A stretch of 64,000 bases of DNA, taken from the NCBI RefSeq assembly GCF_036321535.1, contig NC_087436.1, forward strand, positions 62,808,001 to 62,872,000, in the 5' to 3' direction. The notes under the pieces were generated by a model, which was given only the letters and a program-made list of their open reading frames with translations, made no database searches and had not been told where the DNA came from. The position numbers were made by a program, and so were the translations under genes. This DNA is from Camelus dromedarius. Lineage: Eukaryota. Below, piece after piece: positions 11,600 through 23,470 of this stretch (the first letter of the stretch is position 1; each line of letters begins with the position of its first letter).

Positions 11600-12285
11600 T
11601 TCTGGTTCTTCCATTCCACTACTCCTCTAACCCTGTTCTTCAACCTCATAAAACTACCTTCCACTGTTGCTACTATGAACCACCTTCACATTTTTCAGAT
11701 TTGGTCAATTTTGCATCCCTAGAATTTGTACCCTCTCTGCCACTCCCAGTAGAACATATCATTCTCTCTAGTTTGTACTCCTATAAGACTGTCCTACCTC
11801 TTTTGAGTTTATTTTTGTCACCTTCAAATATATCCTTCACACTGCCACTAGAGTGGTAAAATAAAACACATAGGTGATTGTTCTTTTTAAAAGGATAACG
11901 TTTCCCAACTGTCTACATTATACATTCAAGTAAATATTTCACTGGGATTGTCCTTTCACTGCATTTTAACCCATTTAATTTATACTATTTTGGTTCAGTA
12001 TAGGCACACTAACCTCAGCCAGAAAGCATTTGCTGACTACTATCCTACCTACCAACCAGATTAACATAAGGCTTTTCATGGTTCTATATCCTTATATGTA
12101 TTTATACTATATCATTGCATTAACTGCGTTTTATTGTAAGTTTCTTATATGGCCTCTCTATGACTAATTATCCACTTAGTTTGTTGGATTATTTATTTTC
12201 ATATCCCTGATTCCTACCTCAGTAACTCACATTACAACCTTCAAGAAATATTTATTAATATAATGATTGAATGGATGAGTGAATA
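11600..12285 (+). mobile_element. L2 3' fragments
   Basis: Pyrimidine-rich body ending caagaaatatttattaatataatgattgaatggatgagtgaat (L2 tail). Confidence 0.55.
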
Positions 12286-12984
12286 AAATATTTAATTTAA
12301 TATAAGTTATTCTGATAATTAGTACAGCAGCTAATGTCAGAACAGGGAATTTGCTGATCATACAGACAGTGAAGGGAAGAATAAAGTCAAGATATTCCTG
12401 ACTTTATATTGATTACTTTGTAATAGTCACTATTATCATGCAATAGTTTAAAAGCTAGTGAGCACACCACATTTCTCAAAAGTTTTCTGAGAAATAAAGG
12501 CCAAATATTAAGTGATTCTAAAAACTTTAAGGTTTCCACATGGTTAAAGTTAGGTTTGAGACCGTCTCTATTAATCCTGTTAGCTATTAAAACCTGTCAT
12601 ATACTGGCATTTCTCTTTCAAGCAGTTAACAGTGGAGCAGATATATAGGAAGCTGAAGCTGACATATAACTCTTCTGGAAAATTAATTTCCATTAGACAT
12701 GTGTGGCGATAGCTATGCGCTGAATTAGCTAACCAAAGACTGTATCTGATTTTTATGTTTAATTATTTTTCATTATTCTATTTATTTTTATAGACAATCT
12801 TTATACATTTTCTTAGGAAAATCATCTTCATATAAAGCACCTGTGAATGACTTTTAAAGACTTTTAAGGGATTTTAATGTTTAGTAATTGGTTTCTTATT
12901 TGCACATTTTCCCTACATCTCATTTTTTACCACTGCTTCTTAAAACAAGTGTCATTTATGAAGTCCAACATGGATTTTGCCTCC

Positions 12985-13535
12985 CTCTATGACATCATCC
13001 ACCCTGCTATAAAAGAGCCTATCTCTTCATTTCATTCTTGAGCTTAAAAGAATTCAGTGCCTCTCCATCACCTCCAAATTCAGATGCAAACTCCTGGGCA
13101 TGGAGCGCAAACTTGTTTATATCTCTGCCCCTTTTAAACCCTTCCAGACTCATCTCTTTTGGATCCTCTCTGATCTCTATCACAGACACACTGGAGAAGC
13201 CATGTGCCAAGAACACTCCCTGTTTCTTGTCTTCATGGCTTTGCACGTGACCTCCTCTCTGCTTTGAAGGTTTATCTTTTCCATTTTCTGACTAACTTCA
13301 ACATATCCTTGAAAGGCTAAACTCCTGGTGGGATGGATACCTTTCCGAACCCTACTGACCAGCATCAAACATTCTTTCTATGGCATCCCACAGTGCCACT
13401 GAATGTGCTTAAGAGTGTTATGAACAATATCATAATGATCAGTATTCCTTCCAAAATCATATTCAGTTCTGTGCCCTTAGAACCAAGCACAGTGCCAGGA
13501 AGCCCGATCATTTTGTTAAATGAATGAATGAATGT
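12985..13535 (+). mobile_element. L2 3' end
   Basis: gtcttcatggctttgcacgtg...cccttagaaccaagcacagtgccagga...ttgttaaatgaatgaatgaatg. Confidence 0.75.
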
Positions 13536-14349
13536 ACTGGCCATGTGGACACATACTTACACAGAGCCCTTACTGTCCTGCCAGGTAACTAGTTTCCCTG
13601 TCCCTTGTCTTCTCGCTTGTCTCATTGTACCAGTTATCCTGTGGATACATATTTCATTTAGGTGCCTCCTGTCCCTAGCAGATTTCTGCAGTTCGCCCTC
13701 AGTACTCCTTAGCATCTGCTAGCTTCCCTTCAGCTCTTAGTTTAAATCATGTTCCATATACATTCTTCAAGTTTTATTGATTCTGCTCTCTAGAGAATGC
13801 CCTATACTTCAAGTGAAGAATTTGAAAATATGGGGATCATTGAAATAAATTCCTATGTTTTGGCCAAAATTCAGTTTCGGTGCTGTAGTAGTTTATAGAT
13901 TTCAGCCTGGAAGCAAAATTATATAATACAAGGAATTGAGCGTAAGTATCTAAACAACAGATTAATAAAGGAATTTTCTGGGTCTTAATTTTAATCAGTT
14001 TATTTGCCACAGGAGAATAGTGTTTGACGTCAAGGTTTAAAATTCAAATACATATTAATAGAATTCATTATTGCAAAGCATAGAAGTTATAAATAAAAGC
14101 TGTACTATGGGTAAAACGATTCCGGACTATGGGCAGAGACTTGGAAACTCACCAATATTGTGGAATAATTTTATTTACCTTTTTCATAAATGCTACTGAC
14201 TTTGTAAAATGTATCCAGTAAGTTCCAGAAAGTTCACATATTATTATGTCTCAGAATCTTAGATAATTAATGTAAATATGCCTTAAAAATCTCTATCTGC
14301 AGCTTTAGAACTTTTACCCTGAGGATACAATCCTTTTTAAACAACTGAT

Positions 14350-14900
14350 CTGAAAATATCCATGACTGTCCCATGAGCATCTGAAATTCAGCATGCCAAA
14401 ACCTGGATTTCTGTCAGCATTCTTTACAAGTCTTCTCCTCTTGCCACTTTAATTATCTCAATTATTGGAAACTTCCTCAACTAAGGACACCACCTATAAA
14501 TCAGCTCCCTCTCTGTGCTACATACTTCACCCTTTTGTCATCAAATCTGACCGATTATATAGCAAATCTTTAGTGTATCTCTAGCCTCACTATTAGAGAT
14601 TTTTATGATGCTCTCATTTTTCCCTGGATAATTAAGATGTACTTTCATCTACCCTGTTCTTCAGGTTTAACTCTTAGATATCACTATTTTCCCTATTATT
14701 TTCTCAATTATCTAATCCTGTAATGAATCTTATTAGACTCTACCTCCAAATGTAGTCCTGATTTGACCACATTTGCTCTTGAAGAACGAGTCCAAGGCAT
14801 CCTTCTCTCTCATTAAAACCACTGCAGTAGCTTTCAAATTGGTCACCTATCTTCACTCTCACCCATCACTTTTGTACACAAGTCTTAAACATTGTTCTCA
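14350..14900 (+). mobile_element. L2 fragments
   Basis: gagcatctgaaattcagcatgccaaaacctgga; tctacctccaaa; actgcagtagctttcaaattggtc. Confidence 0.6.
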
Positions 14901-14919
14901 AGGAAAAATTTGATGGTAA

Positions 14920-15680
14920 TTGCTATTAATTGCAATGATTGCCTAAAATAATTCTCCTACCACTCATGTTGAAATACTTGATAAAATATGTGTAAAATTA
15001 TTTTAAATATGCAGTTGAGACTTTAAGAATGTTAAGTAAATACCTAAAGGCCAAACATGAAGAGCAAACATGAAACTAGACAAGCAAGCTTGCATCGATA
15101 CTCAGCTCCCAGGGGGCATTTTATCAATCCTTATAACCAAGAAGCTTACATTGAAAGTTCTGGAGAAAAGGAGGCCACAATTTGGGACTGAAAAAAAAAA
15201 TACAGAGAACTGAGCACCTGACTTAAATAGAAAACCCTAAAAAGATTCCCTCTGTGAGAAATTGTAGAATAGAATAAAATATTTATCATGGCACACAGCA
15301 AGGATGTATCTATGTTTCAGTCTATGCTTTATGTGGAAAAACAGTCACTCATGAAGGTCATCAGCACAAACACTGCTGGTTTGGGGATATAAATTTATGG
15401 TACAATGTCACCAAGAAAAGCAGGCCAGGTAATTGCCAGAAGCTGTTCCACTAGAGCACATCTCAGAAGGAATACAGGTGACAACTGAGAGAGCACACTC
15501 TCAAGCTAAGACTGCAGATCATTTCCACCAGTAAAGCACTGCCTAATCAAGACTGCCATAAAAAAAATCACAACCATAAAAACATGACAAAATAAACAAA
15601 TACAAAGTATGAAAACAATAATAAGCAGGAAGAACACACAGCAGGAATAGACCCCCCCCACAAACTTTGTGAAATTAATA
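14920..15680 (+). mobile_element. Possible old L1 5' region
   Basis: A-rich decayed sequence, e.g. aaaaaaatcacaaccataaaaacatgacaa...gcaggaatagaccccc. Confidence 0.35.
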
Positions 15681-15900
15681 TAATAGCTAACATTTGATGA
15701 ATGTGCACTGTCTCAGAGTTCTTTGCGTCTGCTAGCATAAAAATATCAAGAGACTGCAAAGTTATTGGCAATATTCCCATTTTCCATATGAGAAAAATGA
15801 AGTAGATGAATTTAGAGTATTTCTTCCTTCCACATATGAAATAGAAGTTACATATTCAAATTCTGGCATTCTTGCTTTTAATCACCATGTTATATTGCTT
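15680..15900 (-). mobile_element. MIR SINE
   Basis: aatagctaacatttgatgaatgtg...attcccattttccatatgagaaaaatgaag...cttttaatcaccatg. Confidence 0.7.
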
Positions 15901-16004
15901 CCTATTAGAAGGATGAACTACTGACTATATTAGCGTACTTACAACGACTAAAGTACTGTAGGATGGACCAGAAAACATAAACAAGGAGAACAAGGAGTGG
16001 GAGT

Positions 16005-16006
<2 letters not shown>

Positions 16007-16056
<50 letters not shown>
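16007..16056. repeat. Compound (TC)n(AC)n microsatellite
   Basis: Pure tc run followed by ac run. Confidence 0.95.
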
Positions 16057-16783
16057 CCCTAGTGTTTTTAAAAGGAGCAAAAAAGAATTTATTAAAATAA
16101 AAATTTTGCCTCCAATTTTAATCTTCAGTCATACAAGTGGCTGAGTTCATTTTTTACTTAATAAAATAGTTCTTTAAAATGTATTGGTAAGTCTTCCTAA
16201 TTTAACTTTTAGTAATCATTTAATGGAATTTAAGGCTTTCAAATTCATGCACTAATATGAAATTGACTTTTCTTTTTCAAAATCTGCCTGCAGGGTCAAG
16301 GAAGAAAATTGTGATAGTTGTTGGACATCTGGTCCAGACTGCCTGGTATCCTAATGAAAATGAAACCTAGGTTTTTGTTGTCTTCCCTAATTCCCTTAGA
16401 GTCTTTGTAGTTTTTGCTATGTTTGGCAACAAATTTAGCAAACATACATTTTCCCAGAATAAGTCCTTTAGAATTCGGCACACTTTCTAAATTTTGTCAG
16501 TGTGGGATTATGCTATAATAGTCTATGGTGTCCTAAGAATTCCTGCAAAGTATGTTACCTGAAATACCCACTCAAGTTCTAATGTCTCAGGCATCATGTC
16601 CTGGGCTAGAGCCGTTGAAGTTACTCTGTCTCCTTGACAGAGAAAAACCTCTGAGGTTGAACACAGTGAGACCTTAAAGATAATATATTTTAGAATTTAA
16701 GTTTTTAAGACTTTTACCTAATTTTTTTTTTGCATGAAGACTAAAGGGTGAAGAGTGTTTGATTTTAGACTAATTTGATCTTT

Positions 16784-16872
16784 TATTAAAAAAAATTGAA
16801 GTATAGTCAGTTGCAATGTGTCAATTTCTGATGTACAGCATAATGTTACAGTCATACACATACATACATATA
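16784..16872 (-). mobile_element. Ultra-short (~89 bp) young L1 3' end with 20-bp TSD
   Basis: ttgaagtatagtcagttgcaatgtgtcaatttctgatgtacagc; TSD tttagactaatttgatcttt (16764-16783) / tttagactagtttggtcttt (16873-16892). Confidence 0.92.
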
Positions 16873-18489
16873 TTTAGACTAGTTTGGTCTTTAACCTCAA
16901 CATTTAGGATCTTTATTTTTTTGACACTCTAAACTAAAATCGTGCATTTTAAACTTCCCCCAGCATCATAGTGGGAAAAAGTTTCTTTTTTGATATGGGG
17001 GCAATACTATATTGTTGGCATTTAATTATTAGAATACATTAATATTATAACTTAAATTATTGCAAAATTTCTGATAAACACAAGGTAGCTAGACAGCATT
17101 TTGCATGGGGACTAGAATAGCATTGAGTTTAGTTGATTTAATGTATTTATTATTTTTACACTTAATGACTTAAATTAAAAATCATGTAGACTATTAGAGA
17201 AAAACACATACTCTTCACTCCTGATAATTTCTTCTGTTTGGAGAAACATCCAATAATGTAAACATTTTCCATTAGATGCCTTTTGATAATGTTTCCCTTT
17301 TGTTTTATATTAATAGATTTTTGACAGAGAAAAATTGCATTCAAAAATGGATATTTTGGGGCTTCACAAATTTCTTGTATCACAAAAACTAAGGAAACAT
17401 GTAAAACAACTCAAAGGAAGTTTCCTTAGTGTCTTGCTAAATTAAAATATTTGTATAGGTCCCCAATTTGATCAATTAAAATAAAGTCAGTTTGACAACA
17501 CAGTACCCTTACTTATATTTTCTATGGAAAATAGCTCCCAATTGGTACCAGGAAGGATACATTTTCTTAGCTTTTAAGACAGAGTCAACTGCTCCAAAAT
17601 CAGGACTCTCCCTTTTATGTTCTGGTACTGCTCCACCATAAAGAACTGTGTACTTGAGAAAGGTAAAATTAAACAAAAATATGAAAGAAATTTTCTTGCC
17701 ACTAGAAATATCCAAGGTTAGGCTGTCTTATATGCCCCCTTTTTCTAATTAATTCTAATTAGTTAGAATTAATTGTGTACAGTAATTGTGTGTGTAGTAT
17801 AACTCAATGGATTCACAATGTAGTCTATTTAATATCTGTAAAGGAGGAAGTATTTTTATCCCATGCAGTATACATTCTTCTTTTTTTTTCTGGACTTTCC
17901 ACTTCAAGACTATGTTTTCTCCTTTACAAGGTATAAACTGGGTTTCCTGGAACTGCATTCTACATGAGGAGGAGCAATCCAGCTATTTAGACAATTTTTA
18001 TACTTATTATTTCATAAAAATATCTGAGAAACAACACAAAAATGGTTGCATTATTTTTATGGCTCATTTATATTACCAAAAAAAAAAAAACCCTGAAAAC
18101 ATAAAATAGTTGTGAATAAAGTCATAGACATGCACTATGGGTCTCAAGAACACAGTTCCAGCTGGAAAGCATGTCTGTCCTCACACCTCCGTGCAAGTCC
18201 AAGTTAATTGAAACTCTTTCCAGATACACAGGGAAAGAAGCTTATGTTCTGCTTTCTTCCTTTTTGACTCCTATATTAAAATTTTGATAATGCTTTTTAG
18301 TTTAATTCACGTTTCAGTAGAATAGACCGATAATTTTTCTGCCATTGATGCCTTATATTCATACGTACACAATAGTAGCAAGACATTCTTCTAGGTAGAT
18401 TACTACTATCAGACAGAAATAGGTTAGAATGATTTTTAACAGGGGTAGTTAGTAGCTGAGGCAAAATCTTTAACATTGAAAGGATAGTG

Positions 18490-18630
18490 TCAGACTAGTT
18501 TCCTCACTGCCCTTATGGAAAAAAATGGGGATATTATTATTATTACCATGTGGCCTTCTGAGGGTAAATAAGACAGTTCATTTAAGTACTAAGCTGAATA
18601 CATGGCTCCTAACACTCAACATTTATAAAA
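18490..18630 (+). mobile_element. MIR SINE fragment
   Basis: agtttcctcac...aaaatggggatattatt...tgagggtaaataag...acatggctcctaacactcaa. Confidence 0.55.
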
Positions 18631-20258
18631 AGTATAGCTTTCTTAATGAAAAAAAAAGTCCACTGTAGATATGTCTACTATATGACATTCATCGAATTTT
18701 GTTGTCTGAATTGCCATAGATTCAATGTTTATTGATCTGTAGTAGTGACATTTTTATTACTTAACTATATATATCTATGTAAGTATATATAGATATATTT
18801 CAATACAACTGAGTTTGTTTTCTGTATGACTTTGTCGAGGTCTGAATTCTCACATGCATGTATTATCTACAAGCATTAGGTACTTTATACATTTTTAATC
18901 ATTCTTTTGCTTATTTTGCATTTAAAACTAAAAATTCTTAGTATTATGAGCAAGTTGTATGATAGAATCATTATTTTCTAGGATAAAAGACTGACATTGA
19001 ATAAAACTGAATACTTCAAATTATACAAATATCCGTGCATTTCATATGACTTTTCTTTTTGATGCTATATAACAATCTCCAAACACACTAGAACATAAAG
19101 TGTTAACAAATCATCAATTATTTAATTTATAATAGTAGTAGGGTACTTTATTTAATTCCTTACAAGCATTTAAATGACATGCATGAATCAATTCTTTCCT
19201 TTACACACACATATACAAATATGTGAGAAACTAAGCTAACAAAATTAAAACACAAAAAGTTGTAATTTGTAGACAAAAATAAATTTAAGAAAATTATAGA
19301 AAAATTTGTTCAATATATATGCATTGAAGAATTGAGTAATAGAAAAAATGTAAGTCTATACTGGTAAAAAAAATGTTAAAATGGTAACAACATCATCTTG
19401 TAATAAGAATGGTAAAATTTTACATGTTGATTTTAGAAATATTTCATGTTCAACATGAACTGCCTCTTCAAAAGTTAGTCTTCAAAACACTATGCAACAT
19501 GGATGACACAAGACTGTGATTGTCTGAGGATATCTATGAGAAGAAGGTCATACGTTTGGAAAAATACAGGAAATTTAGAATATGACACAGTCAGAGCGGA
19601 GAGGACCTATAAATCACATCAGTGCAAAACCTGAATGTACATCCCCATTATTTACTGTTAACCTGGATTTACACTGCTTCTCTAGAAGCTTTTGCTGGTC
19701 TGAGGATCATTAGTTTATCTCATGTTTATGGAGGAAGGCTACTGGCCTATGTTGCCTGGGCAATAGAGTCACTAATGTCCTAAAGAACACAGAATTGTCT
19801 TGCTCAAATATCCCTGTTAAGAAAACGAAAGCTTTCTGGCCTTTTTTTATGATATGCTAGACTGTAGTTTTGCACACAATTTCAGGTCTTTAGAGAACTT
19901 CCCACAACACTTAAATTTGAATCTGCTTATTCTCTGTTAATGAGTTCTATCATCTACACACTTTTTGAAAATAAATTCGAGTATGAATAACTCATTTTGG
20001 ATAGGTTCTAGCAACACTCAAGATGACAATGAACAATTCTGTGAGCACTTTTCTATTGAAGATTAATTATAGTTAATCATCATTCATGAATTAATTTTAT
20101 ATTTATACTACAGTATTATTGTATTGGCACTGAGGTATGTCTAGAACTCTTAATAGGACATCAACAAATGAAGAAAATTGTGATAATGCCTTACATGTTT
20201 CCTGCTCATAATACATTTTCATTATATTTAAGAACATTTTGTAAAAATGTGTTTTCAA

Positions 20259-20530
20259 CAGGTTCATAGACATAGAATACATACTTGTGGTTGTCAACGT
20301 GGGGTGGGAAGGGATAGACTGAGTGTTCAAAATTTGTAGATACTGACATGCACATGTAGCAGAGATAAACAATATTATACGGTATAGTACAGGGAAATAT
20401 ATACAAGATCTTGTGGTAGCTCACAGTGAAAAAAATGTGACAATGAATATATGTATGTTCATGTATAACTGAAAAATTGTGCTGTATACTGGAATTTGAC
20501 ACAACATTGTAAAATGACTATAACTCAATA
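20259..20530 (+). mobile_element. Youngest-looking L1 3' end with perfect 16-bp TSD
   Basis: ggaatttgacacaacattgtaaaatgactataactcaata; TSD aaaaatgtgttttcaa at 20243-20258 and 20531-20546. Confidence 0.95.
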
Positions 20531-21060
20531 AAAAATGTGTTTTCAAAATATTACATATTATATTTCATGAAAAAATACAGAGAAGAATCTAGCTATATTA
20601 AAAGGAAGACTTAAAAATTCTATTTAAAAATAGGAAAAAAATCTCAAAGGATTTTCATTTGATAAACTTATTTCAGAATTCAAATACCACATGGGCACAG
20701 ATATGTGCTTGAAAAAGATTGTTTTTCTGTCCTTATACAAAGTAGACTTAAACCTGAGCTTTTTGTATGTTACAAAAGTATGTCAACAGTGAGAGTTTTT
20801 TCATGCTTGCATCTTATTAACTAGGAATAATGTTGGGATCCTTCTAGTTTGTCTAAGCATTCAGGAAATAACTAATACTCTGTCCATTGCTACTACATAC
20901 TATTACTTTACTGTCTATCTTTCTAAATTATACTGTTGCTTGCCAAATGTGCTCATTTAAGGAACATTTTGATATGCATTCAAATTTCATTGAAGATTTT
21001 ATTGTCTAAATGGGTCAATTTCTACAGATTTAGAAAGATAGCTTATTTTGGTTGTGAGTG

Positions 21061-21083
21061 TATATATATATATATATATATAT
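21061..21083. repeat. (TA)n microsatellite
   Basis: Pure ta run. Confidence 0.9.
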
Positions 21084-21584
21084 AAAAATACTTGTAACTC
21101 TGTAAAAATGTCAATGCAGCATTATAACTTGTCCATAAATGTCAATAATAGAAGTCTTTTATTGATTTTTAATATTTAACTAAAATTAATTACTGATTCC
21201 TAATACTTGATTAAAATATCAACATTTTATTAATTATCAAGAGAGTATTAATTTGGCATAAATTTACTATTGAGTTAGTATTTCTGTTTTATATACTTCT
21301 GTAGGTAAGAAGTAGTAAGCAAAAATTTTGAGGAAAAAATCTTCAATATTACAGAACACCACTCCTGTAAGCATGGTAGTATAGATATTACAGAAAATAA
21401 AATCAATGAAAACATAAGTGCTAGATAAATTGTATCAAACATTTAAAAACATTTTGAACTTACAAGACATAACAAAATTAACTATAAATAAAAAGACAGA
21501 ATAAATAAGACCGAAGCTAAAACTTGAGTGGTATTGAATATAGAAGCCATAACTTTTCTCATTTCCTAATAATTCCAGGACAAA

Positions 21585-22133
21585 GATAGACAATGGAGTG
21601 TTCTTCAGTGCTAAAAGGAAATGAACTATCAAACCATGAAAAGACATGGAGGAACCTTAAATGCATACTACTAAAGTGAAAGAAGCCAACTTGAAAAAGT
21701 TGTATGATTCCAACAGATGAGTTTCAGGAAAGGGTAAAATTATGGAGATGGTGACTAGCTCAGTGGTTGCTGGGGTTTGGATGGAAGAAGGATGAATAGG
21801 TAGAAACCAGAATATTTTTAGTACAGTGAAAATACTTTGCATGATACTATAATAGTGGATAAATGTTATTATATATTTGTCCAAACTCACAGAATGTGCA
21901 ACACCAAGAGTGAACCATAATGTAAACTATGGACTTTGGGTGATTGTAATCCATCAATGTAGGCTTATATGTTACAACATATGTATCACTCTGGGGGTTA
22001 GAGGTTGTAGTGTTGATAATGGTGGAAGCTCTGCATGTGGGGAGGGGTAGGGAGTATATGGGAAATATCTGTATCTTAATCTTAATTTTGCTGTGAATCT
22101 AAAACTACTCTAAAACTTAGGTTTTTTTAAAAC
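21585..22133 (+). mobile_element. L1MC1-like 3'UTR
   Basis: ccatgaaaagacatggaggaaccttaaatgcatactactaaagtgaaagaagccaa; gtgaaccataatgtaaactatggactttgggtga. Confidence 0.88.
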
Positions 22134-22189
22134 ATAAATTTTGGCATAGCAAATTTATTCCCTTGCTCCAACTCTTGAGGTAGACACCA

Positions 22190-22410
22190 TCCAGTAAGAG
22201 CCCAGAGGTTCCATAAGATCACATGGGCCTAATATAAACAATTTCTAATGTTTAAGAAAAATGTAAGAATCCTCATTTTAAAATGAAATTCCTAATATTT
22301 CAATGTTGACAACTAATTTCAAAACGTAAATACATGCTGACGGTTCAATTAATCTGACCAAGAACAAACAAAATATGCATTCAGACTGCCTTTCACTGAC
22401 TATCCCCTCC
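22190..22410 (+). mobile_element. MER102-like hAT-Charlie fragment
   Basis: aatcctcattttaaaatgaaattcctaatatttcaatgttgacaactaatttc...caaacaaaatatg resembles the recalled MER102 3' half. Confidence 0.55.
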
Positions 22411-22534
22411 TTGTGTTTGCTATGAAAGTTCCCTATAACCTTATACACAACTCCTGCAGTTGGTGAGTTGACACAAATTGAATATATTTTACCACTTCAG
22501 ATATCTCTAAACTGAGGCTCACTGTAAAAAGCTT

Positions 22535-22672
22535 ATAATCCAATAGGGTGCAAATTCCATAAAGGCAGAGATAAGGCCTGGCCTGTGTTTTTCATTACTC
22601 CGCAGTGTTCCTAGCGACTACAAAATTGTGTGTGTGTGTGTGTGTAATATATATATAATGAATAAATGATAA
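22535..22672 (+). mobile_element. L2 3' end containing a (TG)n tract (22628-22645)
   Basis: tgcaaattccataaaggcagagataagg...cagtgttcctagc...aatgaataaatga. Confidence 0.55.
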
Positions 22673-23139
22673 AATGATGTAGACAGAGTGCTATCTATAG
22701 GCCCTGTGCCCACATTCTAATTTACAACCTTCAGTCTTACTATTAGGATGTTTTCCCCACAGCCTCTGTCTAAGTAGTAATAAACTGTATTTTGTTAGAG
22801 TGCCCCTGGTAAACTTCTTATTACTGAGTAGTCACTTCAGAAAGCTATTCAAGGAATTGTAGTCTGAGATCAGGAGCTGGAGATATCCATCTCCTCCTTA
22901 TCCATCTCCACTATCAGAACTAACAAAAGGTATAAAATGCAACTTTTTTTTTCTTTTTCTTTTTTGCTACAAAAATTATAGAATTTATTTTTATGAGATA
23001 TTACAAGGCCTGAAGCAAGTAATTATTTCCTTGATGTCCATAGGATTATATTGCTCCAATGTAATTTAGCTATTTTTTCTAATTATGTTATATTTTAAGA
23101 TGAATATAGTTAAATAGTTTGTAATTTATGACATCAACC

Positions 23140-23470
23140 TTTTGTACTCTGAAATTGCCTAACTGTAAAACTCCACTGTTTTCTCTGGATATGCTTCTTC
23201 TGTTCTGGTCCATGGTCCTTACTGTCCAGGCTGCCTGAAGTGTTCTCTAACTTTCCCTTCTGATGGCTGCATGAATTTATGACACTGCAGACTGTGACAA
23301 GAGCCCTTTACATGACAGGTTATATACTTACCTGCTTCAATTGCCCTTTAGACTTTTTGTTTCTTGAGGACTTGACTGTGTCTTGTTCATTATTGTATTT
23401 ATAGCCTTACTCAACTGACTGTCCCATTACTGATGTTCAATGAATAACTGACAAATGAGTGAATAAGTGA
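23140..23470 (+). mobile_element. L2 3' end
   Basis: ttcttgaggacttgactgtgtcttgttcattattgtat...tgttcaatgaataactgacaaatgagtgaataa. Confidence 0.65.

Noticed and set aside
12990..13015. TGACATCA plus TATAAAAG as a core promoter
   Set aside because: Falls at the start of an L2 fragment whose consensus has similar text; no downstream gene evidence.
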